Positions 9,559 through 22,713 of a stretch of DNA of 64,000 nucleotides are shown one piece after another. Both the position numbers and the translations under genes were made by a program. The DNA comes from Squalus acanthias. Lineage: Eukaryota. The stretch spans positions 170,006,001 through 170,070,000 of the forward strand of contig CM059425.1 in assembly GCA_030390025.1 (NCBI GenBank), in the 5' to 3' direction. The notes below the pieces were generated by a model. That model was not told the origin of the DNA and searched no databases. It saw nothing but the letters and a program-made list of their open reading frames with translations. Within the stretch, counting starts at the first letter, position 1. Every line of letters starts with the position of its first letter.

Positions 9559-12500
9559 TAATTGGCCTTGGGTTTTTAATTTGTTTGTTTGCCTCTCTCA
9601 GGTGACTACATGCCACTTAGGAGGTAAAGCTTCTTTTGACCTGATGCGTAAAGCATCACAACTGTATAGGGCAGGCTAGATGGACCAGCTGATCTTTTCC
9701 TGTCTGATAACTTTTTTGCTTCAGGCAATATTGGCCACTGGCACAATCCCATAGGATCTTTATCATCCATCACTACTGGCAGGTAAGATCGATCTTAGGC
9801 AAATGTCTCACCCATTAGTATCTGGTCTGAGTTTCTGCCCCTCAAGTGGAATATATGATTGGCCATATATTACCATCACTGCATCTCTAACTCCTGTGAT
9901 ATTATGAGTTGAACAACTCGTATTTTCCACAAAAATATTTATGTATGATAAATCCCTGTAATGTTGTTACCAATGTAAGTATTGAGCAATCAACCATTAC
10001 CAAGTAAATGTAGTCCTGTTTTAACATTCTACAGTTAGCTATTTATAATATATGGTTCCACCTTTCTTTGTAGAAAAACATAATTTAATCCTCATGTGAG
10101 GAAGCAGAACTTCATTTTGTGAAGCTTTGAAAACTCTAATAGAATTTAGTTTGCATTCCTTGTAATTTCTGTCTGGCCATCCATACTTGCTTGGTTTTTG
10201 TTCTGACTCTACTGTGCCTGAGTGACTCCTTCTGTTCCACTGTAATGAACATGTCTGGAGTTCATTCTTCGAACAGTATTTTAGATTTTTAAAATTTATT
10301 TAGCAATATTTTGCATTCTAGTACTGTATGTTCCGACTTTCATTTTGTCTGCTAATGAACCACTATGATTTGTTGTATACTTTCATTTACAGAAACTGGC
10401 TTTGTAAACAAAAGCAACTGGGAAATGTTTTCTGTATAACACTCTAAATGAAAATGGCATGTGTCATGCACTGCTGAACTTGACATGTTTTCTTTTGACA
10501 TGCAATGTTTTATGCATTTTGTGAGGCCAAGTAGTTATAAGTCTAATATGATCCAATTTACTATGCATAATTTATTACCTTCGTTTCACATTTATGTTTC
10601 CATGCAGTGTTAAATGTTGTAATTAACATTATAAATACCACAAACAGAATGGGAATTCAATGTTGCAAGACAGCATTGGTGATTTACATGAACTGAATTC
10701 TACTAGTGTATATTACAGCACACAGCTTGCAACTCATTATTTACATTAATAACTACTGTTATAATACTGGACCCAATAAACCCACTACACATATTCTGCA
10801 GCACAGTCAGTCCCTGTAAAAAGCCAGGTGAGGTCTAAATAAACCAATAATAAGAGACACACTTACATGATGCTAGTTTTTTTTTAATATTACAAATATT
10901 AGATTCCCTTGAGTGAGATTATTGTTATTGTTCATACAGCCAGAACCATATACGTTCGTATATATAGTAAATGAATTTATGAATGTTTAATGTTTGCTGA
11001 AGAAAGGTACTGAGGTTTAACAAATGATTTTAATATCAAAACAAAATATACTAGAACAAGAAATAGATGTTTGTAAAATATTTAAAAATCCATCATATGC
11101 AAAAGATGTCAGGTGAGGGACCAGAGATGCAGAAAATATTCATGGAGTGATCTGACCACATAACGCACAAGTGACGAAGTCACAAGCTGGATGTGATTGT
11201 CAGGTCACAGGTTGAATATTTTCTGCATTCAAAGGTGCCACACTGTATATTCTATTTATAGCATGAAAGCACTGCCAGTACTTATGGGCATATGTTAATA
11301 TTTTCTAAAATGTTCTTTTTGAATATACAGTGCTATCACTGGGTGATGCATTTAGAGGCAATTGCTACAGACATCCCTGATGCTGAGTCGCCTAGGTCCT
11401 ATTGTATTCACCGAGTGGCAATCAGTGGATCCAGCAGGAACCCATTCATTGTATTATACAGATTCTGCATGATTTAAAAAGAATGACTTGTTGGGTTTTT
11501 TGAGCTAGACACAAAGTGCTTTGAAGTCATCTGCTTTAATGTTTTTTATTTAAAAAATCAACACCTTTTCCTGGTGGCAGCTATAGGTAATTCAAGGTTA
11601 TTTATTATGCAATTCAAAATACATTACATGCAATTGGTTTATTAAGCTTGGAGTCAGGATGCTGCACAAATAGATAATGTATGTAATTAGCTCTTGTTAC
11701 TTAATTTTTCATTAGCAAATGATGTTGCTCTAGAGAAATAAGATGCCTTGATGCAGTACACATCATCAAGCCTGAATGTCAGCTGCAAATTGTAGAGGAT
11801 AACAAGATAAAACCCAAATCAAAGGCTTTTGCTTTTTTCTATGAAGGTCACAGAAAAAAAAATATTGAAATATTTTCGTTGTTCAAGGAAATGAAATCAC
11901 ATCTTTATTGGTATTCTCACCAACAAACACACAATTGGTTATAAGGAAAAACAGTTCATTTATAAAAATGCAAAGAATCATTAAAATGTTAATGTGTTTT
12001 GCAAATTGCAATGCTTAATATCAATTATTGTACAAACAGCGGCAGAAAGGATACACCTCAGATATAAATGGGATTATTTAAGATCAATATCCAGTGAAAT
12101 TAACTGATAGGCTAATTGTCAGATGGAAGGAAATAAGCCCCACTAGCATGGTGTTGGTTCTAAGGAGAATCAGTGCACCTGTACTGAATAAATAACCTGC
12201 CCAAACAGACTAATGAAATCCACTAACTTTCTCTTGGGTGCTTGGTGCTTAGCGACTGGCCTGAGGTCAGCACAGGGCTGACATCTAAATTTATTTTAAG
12301 CTTTTCTCAGTCAAGCTCAATTTATTGTCAAGGATTTGGCACAAGACAGCCTCCTGTCCTTGAAGAATGAGCGAGCGCTGTGTTTTTTTATGTACAGTGA
12401 AGACAGGGTTGTCTCCCCTGGCTTTATAAATCAATGGCATTTTGAATTAATGCTGTGCCCTTTGCCTCTTGCAAGCCCAAGATAATAAATCACAGTAGCA

Positions 12501-13526
12501 GCGGGTATGTATGGGACAGAATCAGACACACAAATGTCCTATTTACAGCAAGGATTTGATCTGTTGAAATTAAGCCTTCATAACAAATAAATTGCAATGA
12601 AAGTACTAAGCAGAGCAACAGGTGCAGTTTGGTTCTACACTTATTCATGCTGGTTCTGCAGCAAGAGTAGTAATTCTTTCTTTTCTGTTTGCTAACTTCT
12701 GCATTGGAAGTAGCAGTGTGCATTAAACTGCTAATTAGTGAAAGCAACCCTAAATGTACTGTAAAATCGATAATAACATTGAAGTGTAAACAACATGTGT
12801 GGAAGGATGTGTGCATAAAAATCCTCAGAATCCATTAAGGGGTACTTAAAGGAAAAGCAGTTTTTTTCACAGGCCCTGCCACTTTAGGATGCATATTAGC
12901 ACAAGTTAAAGTTGAGAGTGGAAATTATTCTTCACCACTGAAATCCATCTTCTGCCAAGGCTGTGCCAGTACAAGTGAACATGATGCATATCTATTCTTC
13001 CCACAGAGAAAACATGTTACAACATCTGGAGAGATGCCAATCGAAATCTAAAAAAAAATCAGATCACCACAGTTATCACATCACTGTGACATCACTAGGT
13101 AGTTATGTTTGTTAAAGTTATTTTATTTTCCACGATGTTATAACATGTGCTGCAAATGTTTTAACTGAAATATGTTATGGCTGACATTTTAATATGTTGA
13201 TAATCTCTGCTTGTAAGACTAACCATAACTCATTTTGGGGATATTTATCATAATACAGTGCTGAGCATGACAAAGCCTGGAAACTGCTGGTGGTGATATT
13301 AACAGAGGAACACTTAGAGCATCCTCTGACATTCCTCCGTTTGCTATTTTAATGCAAGTGTTAGCCTGTTTATTTTAAATGGATTAATAGCTCAACAATG
13401 GCTTGAGTTGGTATGTCTGCAAATTATACTACCATTGTTGGCTCATTGGTGATTTTCAAATTGATGGTGTGCTGTTCTGATGTGATGAAGAAATACACGT
13501 CATCATCTCCAGAGCTTCATACAGTA

Positions 13527-13830
13527 CATAGAATTACATAGAATCTACAGCACAGAAACAGGCCATTTGGCCTAACTGGTCAATGCCGGTGTTTATGCTC
13601 CACACAAGCCTCCTCCCACCCCACTTCATCTCACCCTATCAGCATAACTTTCTATTTCTTTCTCCCTCATGTACTTATCTAGCTTCCCCTTAAATGCATC
13701 TATGCTATTAGCCTCAACTATTTCTTGTGATAGTGAGATCCACATTCTAACCACTCTGAGTAATGAAGTTTCTCTTGAATTCCCTATTGGATTTATTGTT
13801 ATGTCTTATATTTATGGCCCCTGGTTTTGG
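13527..13830 (-). mobile_element. CR1 3' end fragment
   Basis: Tail CATAGAATTACATAGAATCTACAGCACAGAAACAGGCCATT. Near-copy at 23705-23945. Confidence 0.8.
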
Positions 13831-14612
13831 AAGTTCTGTTTCAGTAATTTGCTGCACATTGTACTGTTTTGACTGGCTACATGTTTGTGGATGTGTACTA
13901 GGCCACACTGTTTCATTGGATGTTTTTATAGAGGTTTACACTTGGATGCCCTTTGCTGGACAATCTCCAGTATCTGGGCTATTTTCACTATGGTAATAAC
14001 ACCTATAATTGGAGTTCCCCTGGCTTGACTAGTCTTGCCTTGAATTTAACTTAGTGCTTAGTTTCTACATCTGCTGAACGAAATTCAACTACATCAAGAG
14101 CTCTGGCAGATTCTAATAATGCACTTAAATTAAATAATACATGCTTTGATTTCATGACTTGCATCAATTAAATAAAATTTAGATGTTTGTCAAAAATATC
14201 TATAGATTAATTCTTATGTGTATCTGACTGACCATGATATCTGGAACACTTTCACAGGGCTTCCAAGTCCTCACTGGGACTTCTGGGTCTATAATTTATT
14301 ATGCATCTCTAAGCCTAAGCCCAGTGAGCAAGGAGTGAGAACAGATGTTGCTGACCCTCCGCAGGGTAGCAGTGAGCCTTTGCTTCCTTCAGGCCATTTC
14401 CAATACCTGTACATGAGGGAGTTTTAGATATTGGCCCAGCATCCCTTGCCACTGCAAGTGCCAGGGTGCTGGAAGCCGGTGCAACTACCTGAAGACAAAA
14501 GTTATCTCAGGTCTCTAAGACTCCAAGGGCACTATTTCAGCCACACGCCACTCAACTTAATGCCACTCAGGGAGCACTTCACAGAAGTAACAGATTAGGA
14601 ACAAGCGTAAGT

Positions 14613-15325
14613 GGGTAAGACTTCCGACTGCTGGTCAACCATTTCTCACCTGAAAAAAGGCATTTGAACGTCTGGTGGGGAACTTGTGCACCCATTTTCC
14701 CACTTGAATCAACTTTCAGGCAGGCCTTTAAATGGGCACCCAGCACTCCCTTCCAAACCAGGCGGGAGGTAATTTATTATGCAAATCGGGACCATACACC
14801 TGTTGTCGGACCCTGAATGCAACTTTCAAAGTGCAATGAGCAGTGCATGCACAGAGCATGCCAATCCCATTTCTCTAGGCGTCGAGAGCCCCAATTGGTG
14901 ATCCTTAAAATGATTGTTGGAGGCCTCTGCAAAATGGTTTCTTGGGGTTTTGAAAACTGTTTTTGAGCGGCCCGCAGGAATGCTTCTCTGGGCCCTACAA
15001 AAGTCTTCCAGCCCACTACCGGCCCATTCTCGTTCCGCGCCCCCCCCTCCCCCCCCCCCCCCCCCCGCCAGTATCTGCTCAGGCCTTACTTGCCAGTGGC
15101 TATGCGCAGTAACCAGCTGATTTTACTCCTGAACAGACTGTGCTACATCTGGGTGATTTTCCACCTTGGGAAACTGTCAAGTTGCAGTGGAGCGCTGTTT
15201 GGTGTCCACAGCTCGCCGGCAAAACATTAATAAGGTTTGAACCTGAAAGTGGCTTGGGCCTCCCGACTGCTGTTTGGGCGGGCGCTGTGGGTGCCTAATT
15301 GGTGCCCAAACTGAAAGTCTCCTCC
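14613..15325. mobile_element. Harbinger-type MITE
   Basis: Imperfect 12-bp TIRs GGGTAAGACTTC / AAAGTCTCCTCC. 3-bp TSD AGT on both sides. Confidence 0.7.
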
Positions 15326-16035
15326 AGTAAGTTAATTGGCAGCAAGGGTAGTTACGGTGTTAAAAAGTAGCTATAGAAAGGTAGAATATATTTTATTGGC
15401 ACTCCCTGGTGAATGCTGTTGTTTCAAGTAAAGATAGTTCACCGCTGTCGCCCTGCTCAATAAAAGCTGGTGGGGAAGAAGAGGAAGTCCTCCATGGTAA
15501 GTCAAGAACAAGAGTCCTCCTTCAAACCCCACAAGGAAAGACTGGGCCTCTGCTGCCCACGGCTCCCCTCCTCCCACCTGCCAAACAGCCCCCCCCCCCC
15601 GCCCCCCACCCCTTGCAACTTACCTTGATTTTTTTGGGCAACCCCACGACTTGAACTTCCCGAAGCCAGCCATCTGCCCACCCGAAATAGATGCAAAAGA
15701 ACCTGGGATTTAAAATAGCCTGGGCACAAGCCGACCCTAATCAGGAGCCAGAAGACCTCTTGCATAGGGACCCCGTTACTCAGTAGGAGTCATATGCCAG
15801 ATTCTAATGGAGAAGACATTTAGGTAACTGGCTGAAATACCCAGTGCACAACAATCAGATGGGCCCAATACTCTACCAAATAAAGCAGTGGGCCCATTTG
15901 GATCAAGACCCATGAATTCCATTGCATCTCTCCATAATTATTTATTCTAACCCATCCCAAATAAATTCTAACAACAATTGACCTGCTTTTATTCATTCTA
16001 GTAATGTGCATTCAGTGTGTTTTGCCTGATACTTC

Positions 16036-16861
16036 AGGTCCGATTTTAACTCGGGGTGGGAATCGGGGATGCGGGGGACCAAAACGGGTGGTTTCTCAGA
16101 GCCTGAGGCCTGGGAGATTTTAACTCCCGGGTCTCATTTACATGCTCCGACTCTGACTCCCGCTCGAAGCCGACAGGAATGACATCACCACCAGCAGGCA
16201 GGAGTCAAATTGGTGGGGGCACAGGCCGCTGCTGGGGTCCCAAGGAAATGGTCCCCAGCAAGGTAAGTCCAGATTGGGGGGTGGGGGGGTTAGCAAGTCT
16301 GTGATTGGGTGAGGAAGGGAAGCTCGGGACAGGGGAGGCCCATGATATCCTTGTGGGGCCAGGAGGAGCGCACGACAAGGAACCTTTATCTATTTTTTTA
16401 AATCATTTGTTTGGTTCTGGATCCGTGCAGCCTCTAACTTTTGCTGGCAGGCCACAGACTATAAGGGCCGCAGTCGGGCCCACAGTTAAAATAGTGTGTG
16501 TGTCCGATGACATCCTACATTCATTAACTACCATTCATGCTCCTGCAGGCCCCACAAAATCTTCCAGCCTGGTTTCGGCCCAGTTGCACCCCACCCTCCT
16601 CCTTTAAGGTACACTTTCTGGCTCTGCCATGTGCAGGAGCTGCCCTGAATCTTCTCTCACCACCACACCCACCCCCACCGACCCCCCCCCCCGCCAACCC
16701 CCCCGTCCCCTGCAGGTACAGTGCTTGCTGCTTGTTGGTAGAAACCAAATGAAGCCAGGCCCTCAAAATGGCTCGGGTCTTGTGGCAAAGATTTTGGGTT
16801 GGCAGTGCTCGAACTCCTCCTTCCTCACGCCTAAAGTCCATCCAAAATGAAAATCACCCCC
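16036..16861. mobile_element. Harbinger-type MITE (degenerate)
   Basis: Termini AGGTCCGATTTT / AAAATCACCCCC and a GC-rich interior like the other MITEs. TSD not preserved. Confidence 0.55.
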
Positions 16862-17659
16862 ACGGTCTTGTCTCAGTGTGTTCATACTAAAACGTTCCTT
16901 GTTCAATTCATTATCTCACCTACATTATGCAAAGACAAGTGTGAAAAATTGTAAAAGGACTATTCGTAAATATTTCAGTAAGTCAATAGAAGTTCATAGC
17001 AGTAATGTAAAGCAGTTCCAATAATGCGCATTCCAAAATTCTTTACTTAGAGTATTTTGGGCATGTTTCTGGAGTAACAAATAGAATAATTTCAAGCAAA
17101 TCACTTTCAAAATGCATGAAGAAAGAAACAAATATTGCTTTAACGGCAACATTTTTGAAGTGTGGGAAGAACGGTGAACAGAATCTTGCATGTGCACAAT
17201 GTAGGATAAAATCTGATTGAATGTTCGACTAATTCACCTAATAAAATGTGTCAAGGCTTGGATAATAAAATAAGTTATGGAATAAGTTATTCATTTTTCA
17301 ACAAATTCATTGTGTCTTTGGCCATCATTTGGATTTCTTATTCAAGGCAGATTAACTGCTAAGAAAACCTAAAAATAGGCAGTTTTAGGGCTACTCAGAC
17401 TGGATTAAGAGCTTGTGCTGATAAAGTCCTGGTAATTGAATAAGCTATCTAGAACCTCTAGGCACTGTGAATTGCTCTGAATATGAAATAGGCTGTTGCA
17501 ATATATAATGTCTCTATAATACTAATCATTTTGGACTGCTTCAACTTTTCTTTTTAAGTCAGTTTTAACCCTTGGTCAAGATATTTATATCAAGCATCTT
17601 TGACATTGACTCTAAGGAGTTTTGATTGTGAGAAATAATTGTAGTGGAGGCAAAAACTC

Positions 17660-19730
17660 TTTGACACGGTTGACCACACCATCTTGTTGAACACCTCTCC
17701 ACCATCGTCCAGCTAGGTGGAACCACACTCGCCTAATTCCATTCGTATCTATCTAATCGTAGCCAAAGAATCACCTGCAATGGCTTGTCTTCCCGCTCCC
17801 GCATCGTTACCTCTGGTGTCAACCAAGGATCTATCCTTGGCCCCCTCCTATTTCTCATCTACATGCTGCCCCTCAGCAACAACATCCGAAAACACAGAAT
17901 CAGTTTCCACATGTACGCTGACAACACTCAGCTCTACCTCACCACCATTTCTTTCGACCCCTCCACTGTCTCTAAATTATCCAACTGCTCATCCAGTACT
18001 AGATGTGCGGAAATTTCCTCGAACTAAATATTTGGAAGACTGAAGCCATTGTCTTCAGTCCCTGCCACAAACTCCATTTCCTAGCCACCAACTCCATCCC
18101 TCTCCCTAGCATCTGATCTCAGACTGTTCACAACCTTGGTGTCATATTTGACCCTGAAATGAACTTCCAACCACATATCCGCACCATAACTAAGACCACC
18201 TATTTCCATCTCAATAACATCACCCGACTCCGCCCTGCCTCAGCTCATCTCCTGCTGAAACTCTCATCCATGCCTTTGTTACCTCTAGACTTGACTATTC
18301 CAAAGCACTCCTGGCTGACCTCCCACATTGTACCCTCCATAAAGTTGAGGTCATCCAAAAATCTGCCACCCATGACCTAACTCGCACCAAGTCCCTTTCA
18401 CCCATCACCCCTGTACTCGCTGACCTACACTGGCTCCCGGTTAAGCAACGCCTCGATTAAAACATTTTCATCCTTGTTTTCAAATCTCTGCATGACCTTG
18501 CCCCTCCCTATCTCTGTAATCTCCTCCAGCCCCACAACACTCTGAGATATCTTTCTGTGCTGTATAACTCTATGACTCTATGGGGTAGAAATTAGGTCGC
18601 GCCCCATTTGGGGCGCAAATATCGTCTGGACGCAAATATTAGCGCCTGGCGCTAATTATCGGCACTGACTGGAAACTTCACTTTTACCGCCCCGGGAGGT
18701 GCGTGGAGCGCTAAATCAGGCGCTGCACACCTGTCTTAAGGCGCAAAGGCCAAGGAGTGAGGCGCTAACTCAGAGCTCTGGCGAAGCTCATGTAATGTCA
18801 GTCAGCAATGGAACACACACACAATGGCACGGGCCAGTTCTTAAAGGGGATGGTTAATCTTGCTTTCCATCCACATCCTGTTCATTGCAGCCTTGAATCT
18901 CGGCCTGGAGAGACTTGCACATCAAATGTGCTGGAAAGAACAATGGAGAGTATCAGGCAAAGAGCTCAGAGTGCAGCTCCCACAGTCTCTGCTAAATCGA
19001 TACAAGGAATGGCAAATCAAAATGAACCTGCAAAGTGCTGCTCAGTACCCAAAACTCCTTCACACAACGTTGAATCTCTCCAGAAGTCTCTCCCTCTCGC
19101 TCTCAGAATGCGTAGTTCAAAAATGCCACCAACAATAAAAGGCAGGAAGAGGCCCCCTTTAAATAGCGCCCCCCCCAGCCCCACAGCGATTGATAGCGTT
19201 CCAGTCTTCTGGTCGTTGGATGCGCCAGGCGGTAAGGCAGGGGGCGCCACTCAATTTCCGCTCCTGGGCGCCACAAGGGCGTTGCACCATGGAATGAAGT
19301 CACAATCTGCGCGCGCAGGTGGTCGCAGCGGTAAGTTTTAGCGCCGCCGCACAATCTCTAGTTAAGTTCCCGAGCGGCGCAAACATCGCTGCGCCCGGGC
19401 GTTAGCGGCTTTGCGCCCCATTAGCGCCCTCTTAAGGCGCTAACGGGAGGTGCAACCAACTGAATTTTTACCCCTATGACTCTAACCATTGGTGGCCCTG
19501 CCTTCAGCTGCCAAGGTCCTGAGCTCTGGAATTCCCACCCTAAACCTCTCCGCCTCGCTACTTCTCTTTCCTCCTTTAAGACGCTCCTTAAAACCTACCT
19601 CTTTGTCATCTGCCCTAATATCTCCTTATGTGGCTTGGTGTCAAATTTTGTTTTATAATTCTCCTGTGAAGCACCTTGGGATGTTTTACTATGTTAAAGG
19701 CGCTATATAAATACAAGTTGTTGTTGTTAT
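17660..19730 (+). mobile_element. 5'-truncated L2 LINE (RT C-terminal half plus 3' UTR), interrupted at about 18552-19484
   Basis: GVNQGSILGPLLFLIYMLPL..FHMYADNTQLYL (RT). Resumes with GGPAFSCQGPELWNS. (TTG)n tail at 19717-19730. Confidence 0.9.
18582..19474 (-). mobile_element. Non-autonomous Harbinger element related to 37339-41556, in opposite orientation
   Basis: TIRs GGGGTAGAAATT / AATTTTTACCCC and TSD TAT. About 190 bp at one end and about 340 bp at the other are nearly identical to the ends of the full element. No transposase. Confidence 0.93.
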
Positions 19731-20826
19731 TGTAGTCATTCGACTGGTGGTTAGACATTGGGGTGGGGAATTGTAGGTTTTTCTGGAAGGATAAGCTAGA
19801 TGGGTAATGGCCTCCCTCATCTCAACTTACCTTTGTGATCTTTGTGAAATGGTAATCTATATATGATATCATATAGCTTTAATCCTCATTGTACAGTGAC
19901 CATATAAAGTAAAAGAACTGCGCTTGAATCAGCAGTTCACTATCAAAGGTGGAACCAATGAAATAAGAATTTCCTCTATGTGAGAAGGAGCAGATTTGTT
20001 AAGGAACTTAATTTTACTTAAAATAATAAAGGCATAGATTCTGCTGTTGTTTTGCTACCTTCCTATTTAAATTGTTTACCAATTGCACCAGTTTGCAGCA
20101 TTGTCTTTCTTCTCATTCCTTTGTTAGGTTTTTGCGCAACTTGTTTCTCCTCCATTTGTAGCAACTGCTAGCAAAAAAGGACCATTTCTTACCTTGCATC
20201 AGTTTCTACCTGCCATGCGTCCTACAGCTTCATCTGTCCCTAAAGTTCAAAGATCTATGGCTCAAAAAATCCAAGGGATGGTAGATCATGACATAAGTGT
20301 TGAGATACAGCAAACCAGCACCTCCTCCACCAACCCCACCAAAGTTAATTTGCCTGGCACTGCTGTGCCTCTGCACCTCAAGGGGAACATCTAAAGTCTC
20401 TGCCATTGTATCCAATGTGGGCTGGCTGGTGGGGGTCTCAGGGTCTCCCCCAGAAAAAAGGATTTTGCTGACCCCCAATGCCCCCTTGGCAAGGGGGCCG
20501 CGCATGAATAAATATTTATTAAACATAAAATTATATCCCTATTTGGGGTCCAGGTCTGAGTCTCAGCAGGAGTTATGGCAGTGGGACAGTGGAACTGTTG
20601 CAGATTTTCATCTCCCAGGCCTCCATTTTCAACAGTGATTCTGAGTTATAATGAGAACTCACGTGTCCTAGGTTCAGGACTTAGTCACCTATCAAACCAC
20701 AATTGGTTTTGATTGAAGTCATAGGGTAACTTTGAGTGACATAATAGGAACATAGGTACAGAAGTCAGCCGTTCAGCCCCTCGAACCTGATCCGCCATTC
20801 AATTAGATCATGGCTGATCTCTATCT

Positions 20827-22713
20827 AGAACATAAGAACATAAGAAATAGGAGCAGGAGTAGGCCATTCGGCCCTTCGAGTCTGCTCCGCCATTCAATAA
20901 GATCATGGCTGATATTCTACCTCATCTCCACTTTCCAGCACTATCCCCATATCCCTTGATTCCCTTAATATTCAAAAATCTATCGATCTCTGTCTTGAAT
21001 ATACTCAACGACTGAGCCTCCACAGCCCTCTGGGGTAGAGAATTCCAAAGATTCACCACCCTCTGAGTGAAGAAATTTCTCCTCATCTCAGTCCTAAATG
21101 GCCGACCCTTTATTCTGAGACTGTGACCCTTGGTTCTAGACACCCCAGCCAGGGGAAACATCCTCCCTGCATCTACCCTGTCAAGCCCTGTAAGAATTTT
21201 GTATGTTTCAATGAGATCACCTCTCATTCTTCTAAATTCTAGAGAATATAGGCCTAGTCTACTCAATCTCTCCTCAAAGGACAATCCCCCCATCTCAGGA
21301 GCCAGTCTGGCGAACCTTCATGGCACACCCTCTATGGCAAGTATATCCTTCCTTAGGTAAGGAGACCAAAACTGTACACAATACTCCAGGTGTGGTCTCA
21401 CCTATTCTAGAATCTATGGAATTTTGGACAATGACAACCAATGCATCCACTATCTCTATAGCCACCACTTTCAAAACCCTAGGTTGTAGGCCATCATGTC
21501 CTGGGGATTTATCGGCTTTAAGTCCCATTAATTTCTCCAGTACTATTTTTTTACTAATACTAATTTCTTTCAGTTCCTCATTCTCACTAGTGCCTTGGTT
21601 CTCCACTCTTTTCGGGAAGTTTTTTGCGTCTTCTTCCATGAAGACAGACACAAAGGCCGCGATTTTGCCCGCGCTCAGATGGCAGGTTTAGAGGCGGGTC
21701 AGAGGTTAAAGTCAATTTGATTGACGGCGGGTTCCGATCCCGCTGTCAACTCGCCTCCAAACAGTTTTCCCAAATGTCGGATTCCCGATTTGCGAATGGA
21801 CCCGACACCTAACGGCGGGAAGCAGATTAAAGGCAATTACCTGCCTATTAACAGGTACTTGCCAGTAGTTTCCAGCCTGTTTTTGGATTTTCCCGCTTCT
21901 GGGTCGGGTTCCACGATATCTGGACACCACGCCAAGTAAGTGTGGCATGTTGTGAGTCTGCTGTAATGTTTGTGGAATGATGACAGCTGCAGAAGTGGTG
22001 TGAAGGATCCAATGTTGCACATGGTGAGTTTCAGAGCAAAGAAAATGTTGGGTACTGCATTTTTAATACATTTACAGATTTCTTTAGCTTACAATTTTTA
22101 AAATCCATGTCCAGTGCCACCTCATTGGGAGAACCTCTCTCACCAGTGACAGATGCTTCTGTTACCTCACCTGCAGTTGCCATCTATTCCAGCCTATGAA
22201 GGGAGTCATTGGAGAGCCTGGGTGCAAGAGGTCACCTTTGTGCAGTGATTGTCAGTGTTTTCAGCAACTCAATGCTGTCAAACATCGAGAAATCAACTGT
22301 CAAAATAAAATTGTGCATGGTCCCTTTAAGGAAACCGGCAGATGACGCATCATCAAATGACGTCATCAGACGCGCTTCCTGTTAATTGGCCGGCAAGCCC
22401 GCAGGGCGGGCTTCACAAGGTCAATCAAGGCAAAATCGCATCTGTGGAGCGGATGCAGCTGGGTGTGGGACTGGAAGCCGGAAACCAGCTGTCCCGCACT
22501 CAACCCGCCTCCATTAATAAAATCGCGGCCAAAGTATTTGTTTAATTTCTCTACCATTTCCTTATTCCCGATTATAATTTCTCCTTTCTCAGCCTGTAAG
22601 GGACCCACATTTATTTTCACTAATCTTTTCCTTTTTACATACCTATAGAAGCTTTTACAATCTGTTTTTATTTCTCTCGCTAGTTTACTCTCATATTCTA
22701 TTTTCCATTTCTT
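20827..22713 (-). mobile_element. CR1 LINE, 5'-truncated, with an internal deletion of the RT core and a MITE insertion
   Basis: (AGAACATA)n tail; LYSLEFRRMRGDLIETYK; GLKADKSPG; KSFYRYVKRKR. The junction at about 21401 joins the QNSIDS region directly to the VRPHLEY region. Confidence 0.92.
21655..22530. mobile_element. Harbinger-type MITE inserted in the CR1
   Basis: Perfect 12-bp TIR GGCCGCGATTTT and TSD AAA. The CR1 reading (LNKYF|VSVF) is restored when the element is removed. Confidence 0.93.

Larger units (their letters stand above)
6870..9715 (+). mobile_element. Ancient CR1-like 3' end in two pieces (6870-7116 and 9559-9715), split by a composite insertion
   Basis: GGAATTTTCCAGATTTTCCCTCCTAATT continues as TAATTGGCCTTGGGTTTTT..GGCAGGCTAGATGGACCAGCTGATCTTTTCCTG. 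TAATT is duplicated at both junctions. Confidence 0.5.
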
